A stretch of DNA of 64,000 nucleotides, taken from positions 64,001-128,000 of the IMG/VR virus record IMGVR_UViG_3300014204_000114. The stretch is one strand, 5' to 3'. Origin of the DNA: a virus. Taxonomy: Duplodnaviria; Caudoviricetes. Shown piece by piece: positions 31,504 through 43,213 of this stretch; position 1 is the first letter of the stretch, and the number at the start of each line of letters is the position of its first letter. The notes below the pieces were generated by a model. That model was not told where the DNA came from and did no database searches. It was given only the letters and a program-made list of their open reading frames with translations. Position numbers and translations under genes: made by a program.

Positions 31504-32159
31504 TAGAAATCCTGAGACATATGGAAGTATTCAATCCTGATAATTTTACGGACAACGTACATATTATCGGCTGCGGATCCATAGGCTCTAATATAGCTTT
31601 GAGTATGGCTAAATTAGGTATCCCGGGGGATCAGATAACAGCATATGATTTCGATAAGGTAGAGGAGCATAATATTGCGAATCAGGCATACGCCCTAAAA
31701 CACATAGGCTGGTCTAAAGTAGATGCTTTATTCGATCAAATCAAATATTATACAGGAGAGGAAATAGACATTCGGGAAGAGAGAGTAGAAGATAAAGTAA
31801 GGCTAAATGGAATAGTCTTTCTGGTTACAGATACGATGAAATCCCGGCGGGAAATATTTAATTCCTGTATCAAGATGAAAATGGCTGTTAAATTGATGAT
31901 CGAAGTCAGAATGGATGCGGCTGAAGGGAGAGTCTACACTATTAACCCGATGTCTTATTCCGAAACGAAGTTCTGGGAAGACGTCTCGCAGTACACTGAC
32001 GAACAGGCCGTAACCTCAGCGTGCGGACATACCACTACTGTGGGTTCTACAGTCGGAGTCCTATCCAACTTAGCAGTTTGGCAGTTTATAAACTGGTTTA
32101 ACAAAAAACCTTTGAAAAATGAATTGTTCATAGGCCTTGAAAATATGGCCTTAAATTAA
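31500..32159 (+). CDS. ThiF/E1-like adenylyltransferase, copy 2
   Basis: IIGCGSIGS, DFDKVEEHNIANQ, SACG. Confidence 0.9.
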   Translation: MIEILRHMEVFNPDNFTDNVHIIGCGSIGSNIALSMAKLGIPGDQITAYDFDKVEEHNIANQAYALKHIGWSKVDALFDQIKYYTGEEIDIREERVEDKVRLNGIVFLVTDTMKSRREIFNSCIKMKMAVKLMIEVRMDAAEGRVYTINPMSYSETKFWEDVSQYTDEQAVTSACGHTTTVGSTVGVLSNLAVWQFINWFNKKPLKNELFIGLENMALN

Positions 32160-32186
32160 ATCTGAATCAAATAAAGGAGAATCAGA

Positions 32187-32528
32187 ATGGCAGACAAACA
32201 GTGGAGCTTTAGTAAAGCGCAAGTGTGGCTGAATAAGGCTAGCGACAGCAAGAAGCTCGGTAATGGTACTATGGTTATGAACGACACAATCGTTTTGACC
32301 TTCAACATCTTTGTGGGAAAAGATGACAGTATATTCGCCGCGCCGCCGAGTTTCAGCTATGAGCCTAAAGAAGGCGGAGAGAAGAAATACAAGGACCACT
32401 TCTATTTCCTCGTTCCTGAAGCTAGAGTAGACTTTAATGCGGCTGCATGCGAAGCATACGAAACCGCAAAGAAGACTCCCGCTGCGCCTCCCAGCCGTCC
32501 CGGAACAGCAAGAACCTTTAAGAGGTAA
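32187..32528 (+). CDS. SpoVG-like nucleic-acid-binding protein
   Basis: Pattern of beta strands, G....FAAPPS, Y.D, terminal helix ending EAY matches SpoVG. Confidence 0.65.
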   Translation: MADKQWSFSKAQVWLNKASDSKKLGNGTMVMNDTIVLTFNIFVGKDDSIFAAPPSFSYEPKEGGEKKYKDHFYFLVPEARVDFNAAACEAYETAKKTPAAPPSRPGTARTFKR

Positions 32529-32530
32529 CA

Positions 32531-34252
32531 GTGAAACAAGCAATAATCAATACGATTAAAGCTAAAGTCGACTCCGCGCTTGAGGGGTATTACAACTCCT
32601 CAGCGCGGTGGCCGTTACTGGTGTCGTGTAACGAGCCTGATATAAAAGCTTTGTCTTTTCTAAAAGAGCCGGCGATAACAGAGTGTACTAACTTTCTATC
32701 AGTTCATATAGCCGATCCCGCTGAAATTATAGAAGACTACTTTCTAACCAGAAGTACCAACGAATTTGATTCTAACTCTTTAAGAGAAGATATGGCTCCT
32801 ATAAAAGTTACGGATAATGCTTCTGTAGGATCCGCAGACCTGGTAGATACTCTTTATCATATGTCGAAAGTATTTGAGAATGAATATACTTCCCCATATC
32901 CATACCTGTTATCATATTGTATGGTCATCCATCCTTATTTAATCCCGGATTTTAACGATATTGAATTGGATGAAGAGATTCAGGAAATTATTAATACTGT
33001 AGTTGACGATTGCGTATTACCTTTAGGAAGATACTTATTCAGAGAAATGATAATGACTGAACTGGATAAGGGATTTAGGAGTTTGTATGACTCAATATCT
33101 CCGAATGAGAGAATGTGGCTTATGAACTCTTTAGTCGATCTTGCTCATATATCTAAATTTAACGAGTTGTCGTTCTTCGTAGAAGATGAATTCGTTAGGC
33201 TAAAACTAGGCACAGCTGAAGATTACGCTTTAATTACATCAACTTGCCCTCATAATGATATGTTCGAAGAGGGACCCGTCAAGTATTATTACAAAGCTCT
33301 GAAAGAATTTTATATGAGATTGCTAGAAATAGATCTGAACGCTGATGTGCCTTTGGATGTAAATACTATAGATGCATCTATTTCTAAGAATATAGATACT
33401 ATAAACAAATATCGTTTAAAATTTACATGAGGAGAAAGAATGACGGACAAACAAGAAATACAGAAATTAAAAGACGGAGAAGAATATACCGTCCCTGAAA
33501 GCGACTACGGAAAAGCCGAAATATGGAGAAAAAACTCACTGTATTTTTTGTTCGAAATACCCACGTTTGGAGGCGAACCAAGATTCGTGCAAGCTTATAG
33601 ATTTGATCAAATAGATGAAATAATTAAAACAATAGATAGTTGGACTTGAGGAGATTATGACGGAATACGTTAATTATATATTTAAATGCCCTGCATGCGG
33701 GAGAAAACATAATAAAGTTACTCTGAAAATGCCTAAAGGAGTTACTATAAGTTATCTTGAATTGACATGTCCAAAATGCGAAGCTAAATCAGCATGGTCA
33801 GCTATGTTTTTTGAAGATTCATTAGAATTATTGAATAGACTGGAAGTTAAAAAGTCCAGGGATATTACGACTTTAGGTCCTGTCAACTTTGTAAGATACG
33901 GCAAATATAAAAATATGCATCATGAAGAACAAAGCGATATAGAAGAATTAGATAAACTAGTAGGTAATCCTGATTTCCACGAGCCTGAAAAGGGGATTAA
34001 ACCTGATTACCACTCTACAATACCGGAGAATGTATGAAAACTCTTTATAACACTGAATCAAATGAGGCAGATACAAGCCTTACACAGACAGGACTTAATC
34101 TAGACAGAGAAATGTGCGATTTCGCAAGAGCTCTTATTCAAAGATACATGAATATGGGATATTCTCCGCGAGAAATACCTCACGTTCTTACTACGGCTGT
34201 ATGGGACAGTGAATTATATTGTATAATGAATCGTCAGGCTAAAGCAAAATAA
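32531..34252 (+). CDS. Four hypothetical proteins (33657-34037 has a CPAC/CPKC zinc ribbon)
   Basis: ORF track. Confidence 0.6.
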
Positions 34253-34255
34253 CGC

Positions 34256-34284
34256 TTGCGGTAAGCCTTAAATTAGGCTATACT
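34256..34284 (+). promoter_or_regulatory. sigma70-type promoter driving a leaderless gene (34291-34617)
   Basis: TTGCGG-N17-TATACT; ATG at the 7th base after the -10 box; agcct/aggct inverted repeat in the spacer. Confidence 0.55.
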
Positions 34285-34632
34285 ATATGCATGCGAAAGA
34301 AGAAACGAAAAGATCGCATAGCTTTTGAGGAATACACAGAATTGTTAATTAATGAGAAAACTGTGCATCCCAAGGAAATATATCTTTTTGTCAAAGGTAA
34401 ATCCAGACCGATAGATTCTATATCGGTTGAAAATCTCCAAAACTGGTGCAACGGGTTCAAATCAAACGAGCCCGGACTATCCAATATTGCGTTATGGTTC
34501 GCCAGGAACCAAGACGATCCTTTCCTTAAAATACTAGTCGTTGAAAAGGTGGCGGATCTTCTCTACAGAGATGCGATCCAAAATCTTGAAAAAGACGGCT
34601 GTATGTTGATCAACTAAAATTAGGAGGACATT

Positions 34633-35250
34633 TTGGAAACAAAAGAAGAATATAAATGGTATACTGTTGTCTCTATTCTAACGATGATTTTAATGACCTA
34701 TTTCCTATATATCGTTTCGTCTCAGCAAAACTCAATGGTTCAGGCGGTAGAGGAAATAAGGGATTTGAAAATAGAGGTTCAGAAACTTAATAATTTTATC
34801 AAGGAGCATTCCGCACTACCAAAGAAGATGTCTTATGTTTCCCCAGAGGATCTGGAATCAATAGCTACCGCTTCGCTAATTTATGGATATAAATTCGGAC
34901 ATGACCCAAACGAGCTAATGTCCATAGTATTCTGTGAATCTTCATTCAAAAAAGACAGTTTAAGCAATAAATCCGCGAAAGGCGTAATGCAGATAAACCC
35001 TATTACTGCAAAACACTTAAATTTTTCAGTTGAAAAGTCCGATTCCATCTGGTACAATATGTACCATGGAAGTAAATACTTGAGAGAACTCAAAGAGAAA
35101 TTCAGAAATAAAGACAAGGCATTACTGGCATATTACAGAGGTCCCGGAGCTGTTATGAAAGATATGAAAAATCAAATACAACTTGATATGACATATCCTA
35201 ACAAGATTAACAAATGGAAAAACATCTTTAAGAGGTCCAGTGGAAGCTGA
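34633..35250 (+). CDS. Lytic transglycosylase (SLT domain) with N-terminal membrane anchor
   Basis: ESSF, AKGVMQI, GSKYL, ALLAYY.GP. Confidence 0.9.
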   Translation: METKEEYKWYTVVSILTMILMTYFLYIVSSQQNSMVQAVEEIRDLKIEVQKLNNFIKEHSALPKKMSYVSPEDLESIATASLIYGYKFGHDPNELMSIVFCESSFKKDSLSNKSAKGVMQINPITAKHLNFSVEKSDSIWYNMYHGSKYLRELKEKFRNKDKALLAYYRGPGAVMKDMKNQIQLDMTYPNKINKWKNIFKRSSGS

Positions 35251-38200
35251 CGAATTAAAAGTATTTGAAAATCTGGTATCGAAACTGTTCGAATCTTTAC
35301 CTTCTGATGTAAGAGATTTAATAGAGGGAGGAGCCGAATACAAAGACATCGTTAAATACTGGCTTGAGTCACAGGACGGGACTAATATAATGTGGACTGT
35401 ATATTCAGATTCAGTATTATGGCGCATCCAGGAATTTTATAATACTCGTGAGAAATATCTTGAAATAAAAAATAGATTTATTACTTTTAACGAGGGTTAA
35501 ATGCATACAAGATTTCAGGCATGCGTAAAAACAGAAATAGTTTGGGGAAACGCTCTCTCGTATATGCCAAATGCGAAACCTCGTTATTTCTGTTCAGTCG
35601 AATGCACTTTCCACGAAGTAGGCGGCGATAATTACGACAGGTGTAGACATCCGAAGTTTAAAGAGTATACAATTTATGAAGATAACGGGACTTTTGCAAG
35701 TACTGAAGAGTCTTTTAAGCATTGCTACGAATATTATAAGAATAAGGTAGAAGGAAGAAATGGCTAACGACAAATTCAAGACTGGCGATATTGTTTATTC
35801 TCCTAATGCACGTAGGAGGGATCGCTCTCATAGAGATCCTGTGATGTGCAGCGTTTTACAATTAAAAGTATTAGGCTCGACCGAAGAGGGGTATCATACT
35901 GTTACCACCGAATTTATGTGCGGAGAAGTATGGATTCACGTTAAGGAAAATACTTTATTCGCGTCGCGCAAAGAGGCTTTTGAGCTTTTCGAGAAGGAAA
36001 TATTAGAAGGCGAGCAAAAAGAAATAGATGAAGCAAAAGCTTTTACGTCAAAAGTCCTTGACGAAGAGAGAAAGAGAATAGAAAGTGGCCGATAAAGAAA
36101 AAAGAAAAATCGAATGCAATATTTCTCCTGTTAAGGGATATTGTAGAAACTGCAGGCATTCCAATCAGATACTTTCTCCAATGCAACAGCTTAATGGATT
36201 TATAAAATGCCGCATCGATCAAAAGAATAAGTTCTTTATGGATTCCTGCGATAAGAAAGCCAATGGTCCGGACGGGAAGATTTATTTCATGTATGAAGCT
36301 TTCGATGCGCTTAAGCAGAACTGCACTTATTTCGTGGAAGAAAAAATTAAATTTGTTTTGAAAATATAGGAGTTTGAACATGTTTTGGTTTAAGAAGGGA
36401 GAGAAAATGGTAATAGAAAATGAACAGCAGTACGAGAGCGCGTTAAAACAATTAGCAGACCCATCGACATCTCTAAAGCCCAAAAAGATTAAGACTATTC
36501 ACGAAGCTATAGCGGAATATGAAAAAAGTCCTAAAAGAGCTGCCAGGATAATCTTACAATTAAATAGAATAGACCCAAATTTAATTGAAAAAATATGCGA
36601 TAAAATCACCCATGCGTTCGACGGAGAGGACATCTCAGGAGTTGAAGCTGTGGGTATCTGCGGACATATGCTTTATTCTGTAGGCGCGGCAATGGCAGGA
36701 CAGGAAAGGAATCTGACTATAAGTCAATTGAATGAAAGATATGGAGAAAATGGCCATAAAGATTCCATAGGCGTGGCTTTAATGAAGCAAGGAAGATTAA
36801 TGATAGATACCTGGATCCCTCAGTTACAGGGTCTGGTCGAAAAAGAAAAAGAAACGATAATGAATTAAAGAGGATTTATGGTAGAAAATTACATAGAGCA
36901 AGACCCGGTTAAGGTAGTAGCTATACAGTGGAACGGGAATAACGACGAGTTTATAGATAGTATTACTTCTCGTTTTTTAGGTGCTTTTATTCAGTTCGGC
37001 GGCTTTGAAAGTTTAGGGGCGATATGTCTAATGCAAATGTATATTAGAAATGGCAATTCGAGAGCGCCTAGCGAAATCTTCTATATGCAGAGGGGAGACT
37101 GGATTATTTTTAAGAGTGGTAAAATCGATCAAATATTGGACGATGAAAATTTTCATAAAAAATATGCAAAAATAAAGGAAGAGAATAATGTTTAAAACAT
37201 ATAGAGAAAAGCATGTATCTGACGTAACGGCATTTAGGTGGATGGGTAATATAGATAGTGTCGTTAAAGAACTGGAAGCTAATGTTTTTGAAATATGGGT
37301 CAGAGTCAATGAGGCTGAGGGCAAAAAAGGCGATTACGACCTTTGGCTAAAAAATGATACTGACGGTTGCGAAGTTATAGCGCATGAAGGAGACTGGGTT
37401 CTTATCAGAGACAATAGAGTATACACTATTTGCCCGGACGACGAATTTAAAGCTATGTACGAGGAGGTATAATGAAAGGAATAGATTTCAATCTTAAGTT
37501 AGATAAGAAACGTAAGAAAATGTTCGTTACTGCAGTATTGTATGCGGAAAATGATACTACGGAAAGTTATGATACCGATTTTTCGTTCCCGGGAATCGAT
37601 GATTATTGCGAAGGCAAAAAGCCTGACATCTTCCTGAAAGATACAGTTCTTAATATAGTCTATGACAACCTCAAAGCAATAATAGAGAATTTCATTAATA
37701 CTGAGATGGATAAGGATAATACGTCCGTAAAAGTCCCGAGATTAAGGCTAATAACGAATATAGGGACGTTTAGGGATATATTCTTCAAGACTGCCCAGGG
37801 AGAATACGCCAAGAAAGACAAATTCATGGAATTTATAAAAAACAACTTTGATAACTTCTCTGTAAAAATTAAAAAGCCGGGGATACTAAAAGGCATCGAA
37901 AAATTTTTGGAGGTAAAATGATAAGTTTTGATAATTTCATGGCTATTATGGAAGCAGGGATAAATTACAGAAAAGGATACCTTGCCGCGAGAAAAGAAGT
38001 ACAAGAGAAATGTATGGATTCTCTACTTGCTCTAAGGAAGCTAATAAGAGATCCCAGAAATAAGAAGTCTGTCTACGAAACACTAGATAAAATTGACGCA
38101 ATAATGGAAATAATAAATGAAGATGTCTCTAGCGTAAAATTACCGAGAGAATACGAAATCCCACATTTGAAAAATCTCCATTCGTTATCGGGTAGGAAGA

Positions 38201-41200
38201 AAAGATGATAGCTATCTTAGGGACATCTATATCAGGCAAGGATTATAACTCCATAAAGAAAGTTATGGATAAAACGGGATATCCTGCCGAGATTATAGAT
38301 ATCAGTTCATTTAAGCTCAGTAAGGACTATGATTATTACATAATTATAGGGGCTAAAGCAAAACAGTTATTTTCTGTCTATACGGTTCCCGCGGAAAAGA
38401 AACTTGAGATAGAATCCATAGGTTCCGAATCTGAATTCACTAATCAGGTCAAAGGATTCTTAGAGGACCATGTAGCTGAGATCAATCTCAATTCCAAGAT
38501 TGAGTCTTTGGGTAAGTTGGAGATAAATGCTGACTTTTTTAAGAAAGCATTGATTGCAGGAGATATCTCCGGGGAATTCACCATAAAGACTCCCAAATTC
38601 GGCAAACTAAGAATAATCACAGAAAATAGAGCCTCTAAGATAGACTCAAGAATATCCAACTTTGTGGATGGACAGGTATTAAATCTTACGAAAAATGAAC
38701 TAATCGCTCTTGCCGTTGTTAAGGATTTATTCGGCGCGGCGGATATTTCAATCAAAATTGAAGATAAGATAGAAGAAAAAGAAGAAGTAAAACCAGTAGA
38801 GGCAGAGAAGAATGATATTTGATTTCGATTTTGACGAATTTAGCTATTTGCCAAAAGTAACTAAATTCGAAGTTAGAGAATATAAACATAAAATCAGATA
38901 CACTACGTTTAAGTGGGGGTATTTGATTTTAGTATTTAAGAGGACAATATGAAGGAGAAAAGGTTAACGCAAAGATATTGTGTAATGTCTATAGATTTAT
39001 ATGACGAAGATGACAAAACGCTCCGTCAATTTATAGAGCATTTAGAAAGCGTAAGAAATAAGTTTATTGGCGACTATGACGAAATATACATAGGGTACGA
39101 TCCGATTTATTCTCCTGATTGCGAATCAGGGAGCTGTATGCTTGAGATAATTGGAGAAAGAAAAGAAAACGATAAAGAATACAAAAAGCGCATGAAGAAA
39201 GAAAGAAAAGAAGCCGAAAGACAACTAAAACGTAAAGAAGCTAGTAACGATAAGGATTTTAAATTGTATCAGAAGCTAAAAAAGAAATTTGAGCAGGAAG
39301 ACGATACGGAATTTTAGCAGCCTAATTCTGGGCTGTCTAAGAGTGAACCGTTCGGTTCGCATAGCAGAAAAAGGGCAGGGAGGCATAGCAGGCTCGCTAC
39401 CTAGCTTCCTTGCCCGAACTTTTGGGAGAAGAGATGTTTACAATTGAAGAAATAGAGCAGACGAAAAAAGAACTTGAAGAAGTTTTTGGCAAGCCTAAAA
39501 AGATTGTCATGAACGAACTCACGTACTCTGTAACAAAGAAATATCTAGTGAATTTTATTCCCGCTGGTTTATTAGGGATTCCGATTGAAATAGACGATAC
39601 TGCACCGTCTGGTAATATTTATTTGATGGACAGTACTAAAGAGAAGGACGAATTGAAATTCGAAGCCCCATTAGAAATGAGGGATCCTCCACCAAAACCT
39701 ATTCTTTCTCCGGTTCGCAAATTTAAAGAAAGTGACGAATCGGGAGGACGTGATAAGCGGTCATTCTTCGAGAAAATAAAAGGGATATTTGGAGGATCTG
39801 GTTCTGGCAATCCTATAAAACCATCAAGAATTATAAATCATAAAGGTTCGACTGATGCTAAATGACGTATTATTAATTGGAGCGATGATATTAGCTTTCT
39901 GCGTAATTGTTTCAGCTGTATCATTTTTAGACAAGGATTAATATGACAGAATGCACTCAAAAATATAAATGTAAAAACTTCGGTTATTCTCCCGCATGTA
40001 CAGACGGGGTAGATAGGCCTAACGGCTGTTATGCTTATACTGAGAGAGATGTCGCTAATGATATTTATACACCTGAGTACCAAAGAGGCTACGAAGACGG
40101 ATATGCAGCTTGCTTAAGAGAGATAGAAGAGAAAAAAGATTCCGAATATAAGACTTTGATGAAGGGGCTTATTAGAAAAACGCAAAAGTGAGGTTCGTAT
40201 GAGCGAATGCCAATATAAGTTTGACTGTAAAAATGCTGGTAAGTTTGATGCATGTCTGTTCCGAACGACAGGATTGACTTGCGTTGAATATAAAAGTATT
40301 CAATATGAATTAGGCCGCGCCGCCGAGAGGAAAGAGCTTGAGGACGGCTTTGTCGATAGCTGGTCTGATAAGGTTAAAAAGATAATTAAAAAGATACGAG
40401 AAACAAACTTCAAGAACGGCGAAAAGATAGGTTTCGACAAAGGCTATTCAGCCGCCGTTATGAAAAATGCTGAAAGAGATAAGCAATGCCTTGAGACGAT
40501 GAAAGCGGCTGTTAAACGAATTAGAAATGATTATGAAACGACAGGTGATTGCGGCGTTATGTATAACGAGCGAATGAAATATGATGGTGCATTAAAACTA
40601 CTTATCGCCGCAATCGCGGCTCTTGAAAAGAAGGTGGAGAAATGAGCCTGAAAGTTTATGGAGCTTCGGACGACCTAATAGAAATCGAGGGTGATGTTAA
40701 AGAGGAATTTTTGACATACTACGATGACACCGAAGAGGATAATCCAAGACGCAACTTGGCGTTCTCGGACGGTTCAATCTTTAGAGTGACGTATGGTATA
40801 GACGGAGGCTTTTGGAGATTCACTCCGATTAAAAAAGGCACACTCTACGACCACAAAGATGAAGCGACCAACGATGATGGAGATGATTACTCGGACATCC
40901 TGTATTTTAAGGACGGCATCAAGTGGGTTTTAATGGGATGCGATTTAGCTATGGAGGAGAAATGAGTTGGGATTACACGTATAGCGATAGTAATAAACGT
41001 CATTTATGCCTCGAAATTGCAGGTGTTGTATATTTTATAAGTAATATGAAAGGTATAGACGATAGAAAAATAGAAGTCAGTACGCAATATACTATCGCTA
41101 ATGTTGGGTCCCCAATACAAAGTCATTTATTAGCTAAAGTGGATACTCTTAAAGAAGCTGAGAAAGTCGTACATGAACATATCAGAATAAGTATTACCGA

Positions 41201-41463
41201 GATGCAAAAAATTATTTCAAATGGTTATGTTTTAGAATAATGTAATGACGCCAGCGCAGCTTAAATATATTCGGGAATGGGAGCAAGAAGATAAAAATAT
41301 CTACGGAAAGATTATGTGGGAGCGCGATGCTCAGTTTGTACCATACGAAACCCTAGTTATTCTACAGCGATCCTTTCCAGAGATACTTGAAGACAGTCAG
41401 AGAAAATACATTGATATGTGGATAAGGTTGATTCCTACAATCTACATACCGGAGAGTAACTAA
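35240..41463 (+). CDS. Run of about 20 small hypothetical proteins, including tandem paralogues 36878-37195 and 37188-37472 (V.A..W.GN ... GDW ... F...Y)
   Basis: ORF track, SD sites, overlapping start/stop codons. Confidence 0.55.
39317..39415. ncRNA. Intergenic cluster of three hairpins, candidate cis-regulatory or small RNA
   Basis: Stems at 39317-39336, 39343-39360 and 39373-39415 (12-bp outer stem with G-U pairs). Confidence 0.35.
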
Positions 41464-41528
41464 ATAAAAAATATTTAGTTCTTATACAGGGCAAATTAGG
41501 AAAAATTTTTTGAGAGGGTTCTACAGAA

Positions 41529-42059
41529 ATGATAAAAGGGAAAAATTTACCACAATTTCATAAATATTGCATCAGACATCTTTTTTGTCGCGGTGATGTC
41601 TATAGAACGAACCGCGAATTAGAAAAAGTTCGGATAGTTACAGGAATCCCTAGATTTTCCTTACCTCTTATAAAAAACATATATGGTTTCACTATCGGAA
41701 ATTATATATTTCTAGTAGGTGATGATTATTACAATTATTCGTACGGATCGTTAATGGTCATATTACATGAAATGGTTCATGTATGCCAATATAAAAAAGA
41801 GGGAGTTTTTAAATTCCTATTAAAATATCTGTATCATTATTTAAAAGCTATTATCAATAAAGAGCCTACATATGCCAGGGCTATACCGTATGAGGTAGAA
41901 GCATATGATTTACAAAGAGATTTTACAAGACTGCTCGACGATAATTTAAGCGCACCAATTGATAGACGTTTTGAAAAATGGTTATATCTTCATTACGAAC
42001 TATTGGAAAAGATTGCTTATAATAAGGAGGAGGCGATCCTATGGAAGACTTATGCTTAG
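41529..42059 (+). CDS. HExxH metallopeptidase-like protein (DUF4157-like)
   Basis: GFTIGNYI, HEMVHVCQY, PYEVEAY. Confidence 0.7.
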   Translation: MIKGKNLPQFHKYCIRHLFCRGDVYRTNRELEKVRIVTGIPRFSLPLIKNIYGFTIGNYIFLVGDDYYNYSYGSLMVILHEMVHVCQYKKEGVFKFLLKYLYHYLKAIINKEPTYARAIPYEVEAYDLQRDFTRLLDDNLSAPIDRRFEKWLYLHYELLEKIAYNKEEAILWKTYA

Positions 42060-42248
42060 AATCAAATTATAACAGCAAACTTATAGTTTACGAGAATGGA
42101 GATGCTTTTAAGATAAAGAGTATGCATGTCAGCTTAGGTTCAGCCTATAAATATACAGGCTCTATAGAGGACGCTAAGAGGCTTAGAGATTGGCTTACGG
42201 GATGGATAGAACAAGAGGAAAATAATATTTGATCAATGCATTTTTTCG

Positions 42249-42277
42249 TTGACACGCACCTTAAAAATCAGTATAAT
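42249..42277 (+). promoter_or_regulatory. Consensus sigma70 promoter for the DNA-metabolism operon
   Basis: TTGACA-N17-TATAAT. Confidence 0.85.
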
Positions 42278-42307
42278 AAGATCCATTGAAACAAAATAGG
42301 AGATACG

Positions 42308-42853
42308 ATGACAGAAGAAACAAAAGCAGAAACTAAAGTAGAAAGCAAAAACCCCAGTCTGGACTTCTTTAACAAGCACACAAAGAACTTCTCTAAAAGA
42401 CTGATTATAGATGGAGAAAGCGCAGAGTATTGGCTTAAGTACTTTACTATAAATATAGGCGACATAAACTCCATGGGGCAGGTTAGGAATCTCTTTATAA
42501 AACTCGATGAATTACTTAGTCAATCCGCAATTCATAGCACAATGGCAGGAGTTAAAAATTCCTATCTGCAGTCAAGCGCAAATATGGAATACAGAAAGAA
42601 CGTAAATAGCATTTACTCTGTAAGTATGGAAAAGAAAGAAAAACTTCCATCCCAAGACATCAGAGATACGATTTCCTCAGATAATGAAATACAGGACGCG
42701 TTCGAACAAAGCAAGATTATAAAAGGATTCTGGAATGATATTACGGAATCCTTAAATACTAAAAGAAAAATACTCGAAACTATATCGATGACGATAGCTG
42801 TAGAAACTAAAACTTATGGGAGCGTTGCTCCGTATCAAAATGAAGGGAGATAA
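42308..42853 (+). CDS. Helical protein, possibly UvsY-like recombination mediator
   Basis: All-helical character and position upstream of RNR/RecA; weak call. Confidence 0.35.
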   Translation: MTEETKAETKVESKNPSLDFFNKHTKNFSKRLIIDGESAEYWLKYFTINIGDINSMGQVRNLFIKLDELLSQSAIHSTMAGVKNSYLQSSANMEYRKNVNSIYSVSMEKKEKLPSQDIRDTISSDNEIQDAFEQSKIIKGFWNDITESLNTKRKILETISMTIAVETKTYGSVAPYQNEGR

Positions 42854-43213
42854 TATGGAAGAAGTGAAAGCCGAAACAAAAACAGAATCAGAAGACAAAT
42901 TAAAAGACGCGGTAAAAGTTTTTAACGACAATTTCGTATGCGGGTTATTTGTCGGAGTGACAAAAGAAAACAGGCTCATGGTGGAGCGTATAGGTAATTC
43001 CTATAATGAATTATTAGCCGTAGGCCTTGTAGAATTGCTTAAAAAACAAGTTAATGATGCCGTCAAGGTCCAGCTTGGTAATCCCGAGCTCGAAGCTATA
43101 GTATCGTTGGACCGTTCCGTTAATAATCTTATGAAACTCGTTATAGATAAAACGGCGGAAAAGAATTAACTTTTAAAAATTTTATTTTTTATTAATGGGA
43201 GATACAAAAGCCT

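Noticed and set aside
39317-39415. Hammerhead ribozyme or c-di-GMP riboswitch
   Set aside because: Core consensus nucleotides and their spacing do not match on either strand
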